Assembly (NCBI GenBank): GCA_945897315.1
Contig: CAMDFF010000001.1
Location: 21,262-85,261, forward strand
Origin: a candidate division TM6 bacterium UASB124
GTDB taxonomy: Bacteria > Babelota > Babeliae > Babelales > RVW-14
DNA length: 64,000 nucleotides
Direction of reading: 5' to 3'
In this document: piece after piece, positions 47,101 through 56,872 of the stretch
Numbering within the stretch: position 1 is the first letter of the stretch
Layout: the number at the start of each line of letters is the position of its first letter
Program-made: the position numbers and the translations under genes
The notes under the pieces: generated by a model
What the model saw: the letters and a program-made list of their open reading frames with translations, nothing else
Told to the model about the DNA's origin: nothing
Database searches by the model: none

Positions 47101-47343
47101 ATGAATTGTTTGTACTATCAGGGGTATCTTGAGCGTGAAAAAATTTGGTTTGTTGTTGGCGCTTTGCGCAACGAAGACCATCTTTGCTTTGAGCGAACGG
47201 TAGACAAGCATACCAATCTCTTTGAGTTTTTTGTACCTGCTGGCAACGAACAATATTTTACCCATCTCATGGATTACTTTGTTGCTCAGGGTTATGTTTT
47301 TAATCTTGAGAAAAAAGAGGCTGGGATTCTCCCTCCTCAGTGA
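47101..47343 (+). CDS. Hypothetical small protein
   Basis: 80-aa ORF with non-repetitive, plausible protein composition (MNCLYYQGYLEREKIWFVVGALRNEDHLCFERTVD...). I cannot assign a domain with confidence. Confidence 0.35.
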   Translation: MNCLYYQGYLEREKIWFVVGALRNEDHLCFERTVDKHTNLFEFFVPAGNEQYFTHLMDYFVAQGYVFNLEKKEAGILPPQ

Positions 47344-47364
47344 TTATTCTAGTAAGTCTGTATG

Positions 47365-48546
47365 CTAAATATTTTCGATCAGAGACCCTGCGTCTTGCCA
47401 GCCCATAATTGTTCCAGCGCTATGCACTTGCGCTTGGTTGTTGCCACCATAAACCACATAGCTTTGCTCGCCAGTTTTTTCGGTAATTTCTTGCCATGCA
47501 ATGAGCTGATCAAAGTAATCGCTACTGATGGTGCTGCTAGACTTTATTTCTACAGGGACAAGTGTTACGCCAGTATTGATGAGGCAATCTACCTCGACGC
47601 GGCCATTTTGATCTCGCCAAAAATAGAGCGGGGGTGTGCGGCCAATATTGAGATATTGTTTATAGAGATCAGCGATTATAAAATTTTCAAATAAATGACC
47701 CCTAAAAGGACTTAGTGAGAGTGATTTGGTATCTGTAATGCCCAAGAGAGAACAGGCAAGGCCTGTATCATAAAAATAAAGCTTAGGGGTTTTGGTGACT
47801 CGTTTATTGAAATTATTGAAGTAGGGTGGCAACCTGAAAACAATATAACTTGCTTCTAGCACAGAAAGCCATGCCTCTACGCTTTCTCGGCTGATACCGC
47901 AATTTGTTGCAATATCGGCAATATTAAGTTGTTGTCCAGTTCTGCCTGCGCATAGCTCCATAAATTTTTGGAAAACAATTAAGTCTCCGACCTTGACTAA
48001 ATCGCGCACATCGCGCTCCAAGTAAGTGTGGATATATGAAGGGTAAAATGCTGCCGGGGCTATGTTTTCATCAAATATACGTGGGTAACAGCCACTGAAA
48101 ATCACGTCGTCAATATTATTTTTTTGCAGGTTATTACTTCGTAGCTCATGAATTGAAAACGGAAGCAGTGTTAAAATGCCAACGCGGCCAGCAAGCGACT
48201 GGGTAATTCGCTTGTTCATGAGAAAATTTTGCGACCCACTCAACACGAAATAACCTGGTCGTTTTTTACGATCTACTTCAAGTTGAACATATGAAAGCAA
48301 ATCGGGAACATACTGAAATTCGTCTAAGATAATACCATGTTCGTTTTCATGCATAGATAAAAATCGTTCTGGGTCATTAATTGCAAGGCTGCGCAATCTG
48401 GGATCCTCAAGGCAGAGGTACGCGTGCTTAGGGAATGTATTTATTGCCAGGGTAGTTTTCCCAGATTGACGAGGGCCCAAAAAGGCTACTACTGGAAATT
48501 TTACATATTCTTGTAATGAGTTAGCTAAGTCGCGCTTTAAAAACAT
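47365..48546 (-). CDS. AAA-type ATPase with a DUF4143-like C-terminal domain (copy 2)
   Basis: Walker A GPRQSGKTT and Walker B IILDEFQ. C-terminal KLYFYDTGLACSLLG...FRGHLFENFIIADL...LYFWRDQNGRVEVDCLI. Confidence 0.85.
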   Translation of the reverse strand: MFLKRDLANSLQEYVKFPVVAFLGPRQSGKTTLAINTFPKHAYLCLEDPRLRSLAINDPERFLSMHENEHGIILDEFQYVPDLLSYVQLEVDRKKRPGYFVLSGSQNFLMNKRITQSLAGRVGILTLLPFSIHELRSNNLQKNNIDDVIFSGCYPRIFDENIAPAAFYPSYIHTYLERDVRDLVKVGDLIVFQKFMELCAGRTGQQLNIADIATNCGISRESVEAWLSVLEASYIVFRLPPYFNNFNKRVTKTPKLYFYDTGLACSLLGITDTKSLSLSPFRGHLFENFIIADLYKQYLNIGRTPPLYFWRDQNGRVEVDCLINTGVTLVPVEIKSSSTISSDYFDQLIAWQEITEKTGEQSYVVYGGNNQAQVHSAGTIMGWQDAGSLIENI

Positions 48547-48646
48547 AGCGTTGCTCCTCTTGAGGGGTGTGTTGTGCGAATTGACTCCTTAAGTAGTAAT
48601 TTAGCACAACACGCTGAATTACTTCAACCAAAGCGTTGTTTCAAAG

Positions 48647-48688
48647 ATTTGTGCGAATCTACTTGTCGACAAGTAGATTCGCACAAAT
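48647..48688. terminator. Perfect 42-bp palindrome (21-bp arms, no spacer) downstream of gltX and upstream of ATPase copy 2
   Basis: atttgtgcgaatctacttgtc|gacaagtagattcgcacaaat. It lies 51 nt after the gltX stop and 101 nt before the ATPase start codon. The core TGTGCGAA also occurs at about 48573 and about 48723. Confidence 0.5.
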
Positions 48689-48738
48689 TATCTCTAATTC
48701 ATTATCTGATCGCGTGATTCATCTGTGCGAAGTATAAT

Positions 48739-50175
48739 TTAAGTCGCACCCAAAAAACACTTGATTCGCTGTGTAATTTCTTCAGCTGAAAGCATGCTGA
48801 CAAGATCGTTTATCCCGATTCCCTGGGCGCTGCCCGTTAAAATCAGTCGTACTGATCCAAGAATCTCTTTTGTTTTGAGTCCCGCTGCAAGGCCATCGGC
48901 TTTGATTGCATCGATCATCGCAGGAATATTGCTGGTCCTACTGTGCTTGTGTAAAATGGTGGTCACGGTGTCTGCTGCATGTTCGCCAACAGCAGAGATT
49001 AGTTCGTGTTTGCTGACGATTGGGGCTACAAACATAAAGCTAAGCGCTTGAACCATCTCGGGTAGCGTGTACACATCGCCTTTAATTTTGCTCACTAGAT
49101 GCGTTAATGTTGCATCATCGAGCGCTGTGCTTTCCTGGATGGTTGCATACAAAATTGGCTTAATGGATGGAAGGAGGGTGCTTGCTTCGAGGCGATTGAA
49201 CCATTTGTGGTTGAACCATTTAAGCTTTTCAACATCATAACGAATGCCGCCTGTGTGGTGAATAGCATCGAAGTTATAGTTGTTGATAAGCTCTTCAAGT
49301 GACTGAACCTCTTCAGCAAATGAGACGCCAACGGTTGCCATGTAGTTTAAAATAGCAATGGGCAAGTAGCCAGCCTGTTTTAAATCTTCCAGGCTGAATC
49401 CAAAGTCACGCTTAGAGAGCTTCTCGCCTTCTTTGTTGCAGATAATTTGTACGTGCCAATAGGTCGGTAGTGGTAGTGCAAAAGCGTCGAACAGAGCGGC
49501 TTGTAGTGCCGTATTTGATAAATGATCTTCGCCGCGAATAACGTGGGTGATCTTCATGAGCCAGTCGTCGACAAAATTAGCAAACATAAAAGTACAGGTG
49601 CCATCTTGGCGTGTGAGTGCAAAATCACTAAAATTTTTCATATCAAAATTAATAGTGCCGCGGGCTATATCGCGAATTTCAATGCCTTGGTCGTAGTTTA
49701 GCTTAAAGCGCCAAATAAATGCTATGCCAGCAGCAATTTTTGCTTTTGCTTTGTCATCGCCAAGGAGCATGCATGTGCGGTCATAGCGAGGTGGTTTTCC
49801 CATGGCAATTTGCTTTTGACGCTTAGCATCAAGCTCTTCTGGCGTACAAAAACAGCGATACACTTTGGCGTTATTAATCAGTTCGTTCAGCTGTTCTTGA
49901 TAGATTTCATGGCGCTCGGACTGGAGGTAGGGGCCATAGTTGCCGCCAACCACAGGGCCTTCTTGGCAAGGGAGATTAAGCCACTGCATGTCTTCAATAA
50001 TTTTGGTGCGAGCAACATCGAGATTGCGTGCTGCATCGGTGTCTTCGATGCGTAGCACAAAAGTGCCGTTATGTTTTTTGGCAAAAAGATAATTTAGTAA
50101 CGCTACGCGAACACTCCCCAAATGCATAAAACCAGTGGGTGATGGCGCAAAACGGACGCGTACAGGTGGTGTCAT
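48739..50175 (-). CDS. gltX: Glutamyl-tRNA synthetase
   Basis: RFAPSPTGFMHLGS (HIGH-type motif) and KLSKR (KMSKS-type motif). The ORF-track start at 50211 is a TTG. I prefer the ATG at 50175 (MTPPVRVRFAPSPTG), which is preceded by AGGA. Confidence 0.9.
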   Translation of the reverse strand: MTPPVRVRFAPSPTGFMHLGSVRVALLNYLFAKKHNGTFVLRIEDTDAARNLDVARTKIIEDMQWLNLPCQEGPVVGGNYGPYLQSERHEIYQEQLNELINNAKVYRCFCTPEELDAKRQKQIAMGKPPRYDRTCMLLGDDKAKAKIAAGIAFIWRFKLNYDQGIEIRDIARGTINFDMKNFSDFALTRQDGTCTFMFANFVDDWLMKITHVIRGEDHLSNTALQAALFDAFALPLPTYWHVQIICNKEGEKLSKRDFGFSLEDLKQAGYLPIAILNYMATVGVSFAEEVQSLEELINNYNFDAIHHTGGIRYDVEKLKWFNHKWFNRLEASTLLPSIKPILYATIQESTALDDATLTHLVSKIKGDVYTLPEMVQALSFMFVAPIVSKHELISAVGEHAADTVTTILHKHSRTSNIPAMIDAIKADGLAAGLKTKEILGSVRLILTGSAQGIGINDLVSMLSAEEITQRIKCFLGAT

Positions 50176-50338
50176 GATAATGTTCCTGTGATTATATGAA
50201 TGTTTACTCAAAACTTTAGGTTAGTGTACAGTATGAGAACGCAATGTAAAATAAGCAAAAAAGGTAGAAAGCATCGAGAAAAATAGTTAAAATGGTGCTG
50301 GCAATCTATTCAATGTGCAAACAAAAAGGATTTTAATC

Positions 50339-51325
50339 ATGGCTATCAGGAATAAATTTAAAACCATATTGGGTAGCATTGGCAATACGCCACTCATGCG
50401 TTTGGAGTTTGATGTAAAGCCAACAATTTTAGCGAAGCTTGAAATGTTGAACCCTGGTGGCAGCTTAAAAGACCGTACAGCGTTGCACATGGTGGAAGTT
50501 GCTGAGCGCGCTGGCAAACTTAAGCCTGGCGGTACTATTGTTGAAGCAAGCTCTGGTAGTCAGGGTATTTCGCTAGCTATGGTTGGCAAGGTCAAAGGCT
50601 ATCGCGTTATTATCACCGTTCCTGACCGTACAGCATCAGAAAAAGTTGCGGTGCTACGTGCGTATGGTGCAGAGGTGTATGTTTGTCCAAATACCGACAG
50701 GCACGATGACCCACGCAACTACCATACATTTGCAGAACATTTAGCCCGTACGATTCCTGGTGCATTTATGCCAGACCAATACTTCAACAAAGAGAACCCT
50801 CGCGCACACTATTTGAGCACGGGCCCAGAAATTTGGGCACAGACAGAAGGTAAAATTACCCATTTTGTGTGTGGTGCTGGTAGTTGCGGTATGATTTCTG
50901 GCGCAGGCCGATATCTCAAGGATCAAAATCCTGTCGTAAAAGTAATTGGTGTTGATGCAGCGACATCAATGTACTCAGCAAAAGATCCAAAAGCGTATGC
51001 TGTTGAGGGTTTGGGAATAGATGTTATTAGTGATACTTTCGATGTAACAGCCTTTGATGTGATGGTGCCCATTTCTGATGCGGATGCATTTTCTATGACA
51101 AAACGCTTAGCAATGGACCATGGTTTGTTAGTGGGAATTAGCACTGGTGCTGTTATGCATGTGGCCCTTGATCAGGCAAAAAATTTGACTGAAGATGATG
51201 TGATGGTAGTTATTTTTGGTGATTCGGGTCGCAACTACCTCAGCAAGATTTTTGCAGATGAAGTTAAAAATATAAAACATGTTGAAGCAGCGCTTGCGCA
51301 TGGTGTCGTTACCATGCCTGAGTAA
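50339..51325 (+). CDS. Cysteine synthase / cystathionine beta-synthase-family PLP enzyme (CysK-like)
   Basis: GNTPLMRL, PLP-lysine context LNPGGSLKDR and EASSGSQGISLA. ATG at 50339 after AAGGA (the ORF track starts at the GTG at 50315). Confidence 0.85.
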   Translation: MAIRNKFKTILGSIGNTPLMRLEFDVKPTILAKLEMLNPGGSLKDRTALHMVEVAERAGKLKPGGTIVEASSGSQGISLAMVGKVKGYRVIITVPDRTASEKVAVLRAYGAEVYVCPNTDRHDDPRNYHTFAEHLARTIPGAFMPDQYFNKENPRAHYLSTGPEIWAQTEGKITHFVCGAGSCGMISGAGRYLKDQNPVVKVIGVDAATSMYSAKDPKAYAVEGLGIDVISDTFDVTAFDVMVPISDADAFSMTKRLAMDHGLLVGISTGAVMHVALDQAKNLTEDDVMVVIFGDSGRNYLSKIFADEVKNIKHVEAALAHGVVTMPE

Positions 51326-51351
51326 GGTGTGTTTTTTGCAAAGGGGAAGTG

Positions 51352-52206
51352 ATGTCGCTGCTCAAGGAGTTTGTAAAATACCAGTCACTTGGAAATGATT
51401 TTGTTATTTTTGACTGGCTTAAGAAACCAGCATTATTTGGCCAGGTTGAGCTGAGCGGGGGCCATTTTAGCAGCATGGTTCAGCGCTTGTGTGATCGTCA
51501 TTGTGGGATTGGGGCTGACGGAGTGTTGGTGATTACGAACCACTCTGAGCTCGGGATTCCCGTCGTTGTAATTTATAACGCAGATGGGAGCAGGGCTGAA
51601 AATTGTTTGAATGGGCTTCGGTGTGTCGCTGATTATTTATTTAAAACATACCATCTGCCTGCAGAATTTCAGATCAAGTTAGGCGAGCGCTTTGTTGCCT
51701 GTATTGTGCATCAAGAGCTCGATCGCACACGTACGATTGTGACGCATGTTGGCAGCGCAACGGTTCTTGGGGCGGAATCAGTGATAACGCCAGCAGGGAC
51801 ATTTTCGGGGACCATGGTTTCTATAGGCAACCCACATTTTTTTATTGATCAGCAGGTATCGCTTGATTGGCTTGCGCAGCATGGCAGAGCGATTGAATCT
51901 CATGAGGCGTTTCTGCATAAAACAAATGTTGAATTTTTTTGGGAATATCCAGTGCCGGTCATCATTGATGTTTCTCGTTCTTATGGAATCAATGTCTTTG
52001 AGCGTGGCTCAGGTGTTACGCTTGCATGCAGCTCTGGGGCTGCTGCTTTTGCTGGACTATTGCACTCTTTGGGTACAATTAACAACGATGAGAAAATAAG
52101 TATCACCATGCCTGGCGGCAGTGTTATTGCGTGGTGTGATGCTCACGGTGCGATTAGTTTACAAGCCACAGCGCAAGAAGTTTTTTCAGGGATTCTTGAG
52201 AATTAA
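51352..52206 (+). CDS. dapF: Diaminopimelate epimerase
   Basis: SLGNDFVIFD, catalytic Cys contexts ENCLNGLRCVA and GVTLACSSGAAA, and GNPHFF. Confidence 0.9.
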   Translation: MSLLKEFVKYQSLGNDFVIFDWLKKPALFGQVELSGGHFSSMVQRLCDRHCGIGADGVLVITNHSELGIPVVVIYNADGSRAENCLNGLRCVADYLFKTYHLPAEFQIKLGERFVACIVHQELDRTRTIVTHVGSATVLGAESVITPAGTFSGTMVSIGNPHFFIDQQVSLDWLAQHGRAIESHEAFLHKTNVEFFWEYPVPVIIDVSRSYGINVFERGSGVTLACSSGAAAFAGLLHSLGTINNDEKISITMPGGSVIAWCDAHGAISLQATAQEVFSGILEN

Positions 52207-52229
52207 AAAGAGCAAGAAAGAGAGGGGTG

Positions 52230-53120
52230 ATGATAGTTCCAAGTAGTGTGCCTAAGGCAATGGAAGCGCGCTATCTACAAAATTTATCTACGGCAACGCG
52301 TCGTACAGGGCGGCTATTTTTATTTGCTGGCGATCAAAAAATTGAACATCTTAACGATGATTTTTACGGCACAGCGCCTGAGGCTGAGTATCCAGATTAT
52401 CTTTTTACGTTAGCGGGCCAAACACGCATTGGCGTATTCGCAACACAATTAGGCTTGATTGCACGCTATGGCGCTGCGTATCGACATATACCATTCTTAG
52501 TTAAAATGAGCGCCAAGACGAACCTTGGTGGCCTAGAGCATGATGATCCGATGAGCTATCCCCTCGCGACGGTTGCAGATGTTGTGCGTATGCGCGATGA
52601 GCATAAAGTAAATATTCTTGGTGTTGGGATGACCATTTATTTGGGTAGCCGATATGAAGGCCAGATGCTTGCCAGTGCTGCGCGGCTTGTGCTTGACGCT
52701 CACGCACAAGGGCTGATTTGTGTGCTCTGGATCTATCCACGTGGCAAGGCAGTGAAAAATGAGCGGTCAGAAAGTATTATTGCCGGTGCTGCGGGCGTTG
52801 CTCACGCACTGGGAGCTGATTTTGTTAAGGTGAATGCGCCGATAAACGAGCAGGGCGATGCAGCGCCAGAACTATTACTGCAAGCAACGCGGGCTGCAGG
52901 CACAACTCGTGTGATTTGTTCTGGTGGCTCGTCGATTGATGCAAAAGATTTTTTAACAACACTGCATGGACAATTGCATCGGGGTGAGACAGCAGGCGCA
53001 GCCATTGGGCGGAATGTGTACCAAAAGTCACAGCGCCAAGCCGAATCTTTTTGCGAAGCTGTGGCATCGTTGATTTATGATAACGCTGATCTGGAATCCG
53101 CGATTTCAAAACTAAAATAG
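52230..53120 (+). CDS. Class I (Schiff-base) aldolase of the DhnA/FbaB-LsrF family
   Basis: FLFAGDQKIEHL at the N-terminus and ADFVKVN (Schiff-base Lys context). About 296 aa. The substrate cannot be assigned from sequence alone. Confidence 0.65.
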   Translation: MIVPSSVPKAMEARYLQNLSTATRRTGRLFLFAGDQKIEHLNDDFYGTAPEAEYPDYLFTLAGQTRIGVFATQLGLIARYGAAYRHIPFLVKMSAKTNLGGLEHDDPMSYPLATVADVVRMRDEHKVNILGVGMTIYLGSRYEGQMLASAARLVLDAHAQGLICVLWIYPRGKAVKNERSESIIAGAAGVAHALGADFVKVNAPINEQGDAAPELLLQATRAAGTTRVICSGGSSIDAKDFLTTLHGQLHRGETAGAAIGRNVYQKSQRQAESFCEAVASLIYDNADLESAISKLK

Positions 53121-53142
53121 TTTTCTGGGGGAAGGGGATATC

Positions 53143-53868
53143 ATGCTTAGGGCACGCTTAGCTGAGTACTTTAAATTTTTACGCAGTTTGTTTGTGACGA
53201 CATGGCGATTACTTTTTGGGATGTGGCGCTTAACGCGATTTCCTCAACCCGCCATTACTATTTTTGGTAGTGCGCGCACCCAGGCAGATAGTCCATTTTC
53301 AAAAACAGCACGAGAGCTTGCTAAAATGCTTGCTGGGCATGGCTTTTCTATTATTACAGGTGGTGGACCAGGCATCATGGAAGCTGCTAACGAAGGAGCA
53401 ATTGACTGCTTGCGAGAATGTAGGCTCGATGATGAACAATGTCGATATAGGCTTGTTTCGGCGGGTATTGGACTCGTGCGCTTAAACAAAGAAAAATCAA
53501 ATGAATACGTGCAAGAAAATATTGTGATGGCTCACTTCTTTGCGCGTAAGTGGCTCCTTGTGCGATATTCAGTTGGTTTTGTTGTTTTCCCGGGCGGCTT
53601 TGGAACACTGGATGAGCTTTTTGAAATTGTTACGCTTGTGCAGTGTAACCGCATGGCGAAGGTCCCCATTATTTTGATGAACAAAGATTTTTGGCACCCA
53701 CTTGAGCAGTGGATTGAGTCGCATATTTTTCCGAATGGATTAATTGGGGCAGAAGATAGAAAAATAATTTCAATTGTTGATACAGCCGAAGAAGCTTTCA
53801 ATATTTTACGCCTCTATTGCAGCCATAAAGAAGAATCTATTACGTACGACCCCGAAGGCAAGTCATAA
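53143..53868 (+). CDS. LOG-family (TIGR00730) nucleotide phosphoribohydrolase-like protein
   Basis: ITIFGSAR, ITGGGPGIMEAANEGA and PGGFGTLDELFE. Confidence 0.85.
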   Translation: MLRARLAEYFKFLRSLFVTTWRLLFGMWRLTRFPQPAITIFGSARTQADSPFSKTARELAKMLAGHGFSIITGGGPGIMEAANEGAIDCLRECRLDDEQCRYRLVSAGIGLVRLNKEKSNEYVQENIVMAHFFARKWLLVRYSVGFVVFPGGFGTLDELFEIVTLVQCNRMAKVPIILMNKDFWHPLEQWIESHIFPNGLIGAEDRKIISIVDTAEEAFNILRLYCSHKEESITYDPEGKS

Positions 53869-53921
53869 AAAACTGTTTTTACCTGCTGTCAAAACCATCT
53901 CGTTCTGCGCGCTGCAAATTC

Positions 53922-56306
53922 TTACGCCGTGTGCGTCTGTTGCGCGTGCTGAGCTCGAGCAAGCTTGCGGTCACGTTTTGCCTTCTCTAAAGACTCGCTG
54001 ACTTTGAAATAAGGGTCAAGGTGCACATTTACTGTTTTCGGTCGTGTGCGTCCATACGTAAAGTCATCAATAGGGCGTAAAATACCCTGAGCAGCATCAG
54101 CAAGTTTGCTCTTGATGGTTTGGTGTGCGGGCTTAAAATAAAAGCGCTGAATAGGATCTTTATCTTTAACGTAAGAATCATTTTTCATGATTTGGTATTT
54201 TGCGTAATCAAGTTTGAGCTGTGTGTATTCATCAGCGGTGCCGTCAAATTGTGGTTTCATAACGCTCGGCCGAATAAACACAAATAAGTTTGATTCTGTT
54301 TTCTTTTTATCTTTTGATTTAAAGAGCGATCCGAATAGTGGAATTTCGCTTAAGATAGGGGTTTTGTACGATGTTTCCGTAATTTTGCTTTTTTTTAGAC
54401 CACCAATAACCAGTACTTCACCTGTAGCCATTGATGTTTTAGTAATAATCTGGCGATCATTGGTGTCGGCGCCTTCTATCGCATCAGTTTGAAAATCAGT
54501 TGCTGTAACATCAATAGTAAGATCAACATTACCTGATAAATTTATATTGGGTGTAATCTTAATGGTTACACCTGCAGCGACCGGAGCGTATTTTTGTAGA
54601 GGATTATTTGTTTTGCTATAATCGATAGAATCTTTTACTTTGCGCCTCTCTTCAACGATTACGGTACATTCTTGATTATTATTAACTACTTGATAGGGCT
54701 GTGAGACCACTTGTGAGTTTTTAATGCTGAAGGTTGCTCGTATGAGTCCCCAGATATTGCCTGGCGTTGGAGTGGTGGTGCCGGCTTCTCCAAGAGAAAT
54801 AAAGCTAGATGAATCACGACTGGCCGCTGCGATGCTCAAATAGGGGGGAGTTGTAGATGTAGAGTTATTGTAGCGCGCTACGTCACCATTTAAATTTAAA
54901 AACTCAGCGTTTATGCCTGGACTGAAAGGTTTGCCTTTCAGGTTGAAAATTTGTGTCCCAAGGTTTCGAATCTGGTCAATGGAGACATCAACGATCATTG
55001 CTTCTATGGCTACTTGAGGTTGTGGCTTATCGAGCTTATCAATAAAACTTTCAAGCCTGCCCCAGTCATCATGATTCGCTGCAATAATTAATCGATTTCC
55101 GCTTCCTCTGCTGCCAGATGCTCCGTCGTCATCCTGCTCTGCTGCAATAATAACATCTTCAAATACTTTTATTCCGCCCTCGGTAATTAAGCTTTTTTCG
55201 GTAGCTGATCTTGGCAGCCTAATAATATCGTCTAAGATTGGTTTAATATCCTGAGCTCTGATATAGCGCAACTCTTTGATATGTAGCCGTGACGCGGCGT
55301 TGTCTATCGGGATATCAATATATTCTGAGATAAATTTTTTGATGCGATTAATATTTTTTTGCGTGCCCAAAAGAATGACCTTATTGCGAATCGGCTCAGG
55401 GATAATTTTTGTTTGGCGAGAAAAATACGTTGCTTCGCGTTGTGAAGCAATTCCTGAAAAACGAATGATGCGATCTTGTTGTGTATCGCCGGATGATCCT
55501 AAAACATCATCAAAAACTTTTTTGACATAGTCAGCATTGGTGAAAGAAAGGGGGATAATTTCTATTGCTTCTCGTAGTCCACCAAGGTCTAGCTCTTTAA
55601 TGATTTTAAAAGCTGCTTTAATGTTGAGGCTCGTATCTTTAATGACAATTGAGTTAAGGTCTTTGTTGTCAATTAAGCTTTTGCTATCAACCATTTTTTC
55701 TAAAATGCCTTTTGCGGTATCAGTTTTCATATTTTTTAAAAAATAAATATAGCGAATAACCGTATCGTTATCAGGTAAGTCTTCTGGTTGTGTGCCGCTA
55801 TATGATGAGTAAATCGGCAATACTTCTTGGCCGTTATGTTCTGTTTTTACTACACGATACATGTTGGGACCTTTTACCAAGCTAAAGCCATTTACTTCCA
55901 TGAGCGTGAGTAAAACATCCCATGCTTGCGGCATAGTCATAGCGTTTCGCGTGCTTAAGCTGACTTTAACGGCATCAAGATCTTTGTGCGGAATAACATT
56001 AATTTTTTTTTGCTCGCCAAGATAATTAAGAATGCTTGAGAGTGCTGCTCCTTCAAAATTAAGATAGATCGAAGACTCAAGTTTCTGGTGTTGTTGGGTG
56101 AGGGCAGGTATCTGGTTCGCTTGTGTAACAAGGGCTTCATCTGCAAGCAAAGGAATAGCTGATGCTGTTGATGTATTCCAGCTAATATCATCTGGAGGTG
56201 GGGGCGGGACTTGTTGTGCGTCAATAACTACATTAGGCGCTGCGGTGTGTGCTATTTTTACAACAAAAGAAGAAAGGCTTATAAGTAATAAAAATAATAT
56301 TTTCAT
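53922..56306 (-). CDS. Secretin, GspD-type (secretin B, 794 aa)
   Basis: Signal peptide. GspD-like N0 domain (IYLNFEGAALSSILNYLGEQKKINVIP...NMYRVVK). Repeated N-domains. C-terminal secretin core (TGEVLVIGGLKKSKITETSYKTPILSEIPLFGSLFKSKDKKKTESNLFVFIRPSVM). Confidence 0.85.
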   Translation of the reverse strand: MKILFLLLISLSSFVVKIAHTAAPNVVIDAQQVPPPPPDDISWNTSTASAIPLLADEALVTQANQIPALTQQHQKLESSIYLNFEGAALSSILNYLGEQKKINVIPHKDLDAVKVSLSTRNAMTMPQAWDVLLTLMEVNGFSLVKGPNMYRVVKTEHNGQEVLPIYSSYSGTQPEDLPDNDTVIRYIYFLKNMKTDTAKGILEKMVDSKSLIDNKDLNSIVIKDTSLNIKAAFKIIKELDLGGLREAIEIIPLSFTNADYVKKVFDDVLGSSGDTQQDRIIRFSGIASQREATYFSRQTKIIPEPIRNKVILLGTQKNINRIKKFISEYIDIPIDNAASRLHIKELRYIRAQDIKPILDDIIRLPRSATEKSLITEGGIKVFEDVIIAAEQDDDGASGSRGSGNRLIIAANHDDWGRLESFIDKLDKPQPQVAIEAMIVDVSIDQIRNLGTQIFNLKGKPFSPGINAEFLNLNGDVARYNNSTSTTPPYLSIAAASRDSSSFISLGEAGTTTPTPGNIWGLIRATFSIKNSQVVSQPYQVVNNNQECTVIVEERRKVKDSIDYSKTNNPLQKYAPVAAGVTIKITPNINLSGNVDLTIDVTATDFQTDAIEGADTNDRQIITKTSMATGEVLVIGGLKKSKITETSYKTPILSEIPLFGSLFKSKDKKKTESNLFVFIRPSVMKPQFDGTADEYTQLKLDYAKYQIMKNDSYVKDKDPIQRFYFKPAHQTIKSKLADAAQGILRPIDDFTYGRTRPKTVNVHLDPYFKVSESLEKAKRDRKLARAQHAQQTHTA

Positions 56307-56319
56307 GTTCCGGCCTTTA

Positions 56320-56871
56320 TCATTCTAAACTTGATTTGTAGCATTTTGTTGCCATGGTTACCGAAACTGCAATTTTTTTACTGGTGCCAGTTTTGATTTG
56401 TAGCTCTTTTAGGTAGACAATTTCTTCTTTATTGAGGGCATCAAGAATCTTGACCAATTTGTTCGACGTAAGATCTTTAAAGCGTGCTGTTAAAATAATC
56501 TCATCAAATATATCGCTAACGTGTTCAGCCGGGCGTGCAGCCCACCCTGTTTCTGCTGTAATGTTTTGATCACGGCAAAATTGTTCAAAAAATGCTTGGA
56601 TCGAGAATCCTCTTTTCTGTTCTAATAGGTTCTTTAGGCGCTGTTCATCTTTTGCTAGGCGCCGATTGCTATCAATAATATGACAGCTTTTAACTGCTAG
56701 CTTATTTAATATCTGCAGCTGAGAAATGAGATCATGTTTGCTGCTGTGAATGTAGTATAAAAGCATACTAGCAACTAGTATGATGCCGGCAAAAAAGGCA
56801 CATACGTGTAATCTAAAATTATGACGATCGAGCGCTTCGATATACCCAACAATTCTATTTAATGCTTCCAT
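56320..56871 (-). CDS. Bitopic inner-membrane protein, PilO/GspM-like
   Basis: 183 aa with a single N-terminal TM helix (HVCAFFAGIILVASMLLYYI), a coiled-coil-like segment and a small C-terminal domain. The gene sits between the PilMN/GspL-like gene (1-nt gap) and secretin B. The call rests on architecture and context. Confidence 0.45.
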   Translation of the reverse strand: MEALNRIVGYIEALDRHNFRLHVCAFFAGIILVASMLLYYIHSSKHDLISQLQILNKLAVKSCHIIDSNRRLAKDEQRLKNLLEQKRGFSIQAFFEQFCRDQNITAETGWAARPAEHVSDIFDEIILTARFKDLTSNKLVKILDALNKEEIVYLKELQIKTGTSKKIAVSVTMATKCYKSSLE

Positions 56872-56872
56872 G

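Noticed and set aside
47362-47694. 110-aa plus-strand ORF directly after the small ORF at 47101-47343
   Set aside because: It lies antisense to the C-terminal domain of DUF4143 ATPase copy 2, which has clear paralog support.
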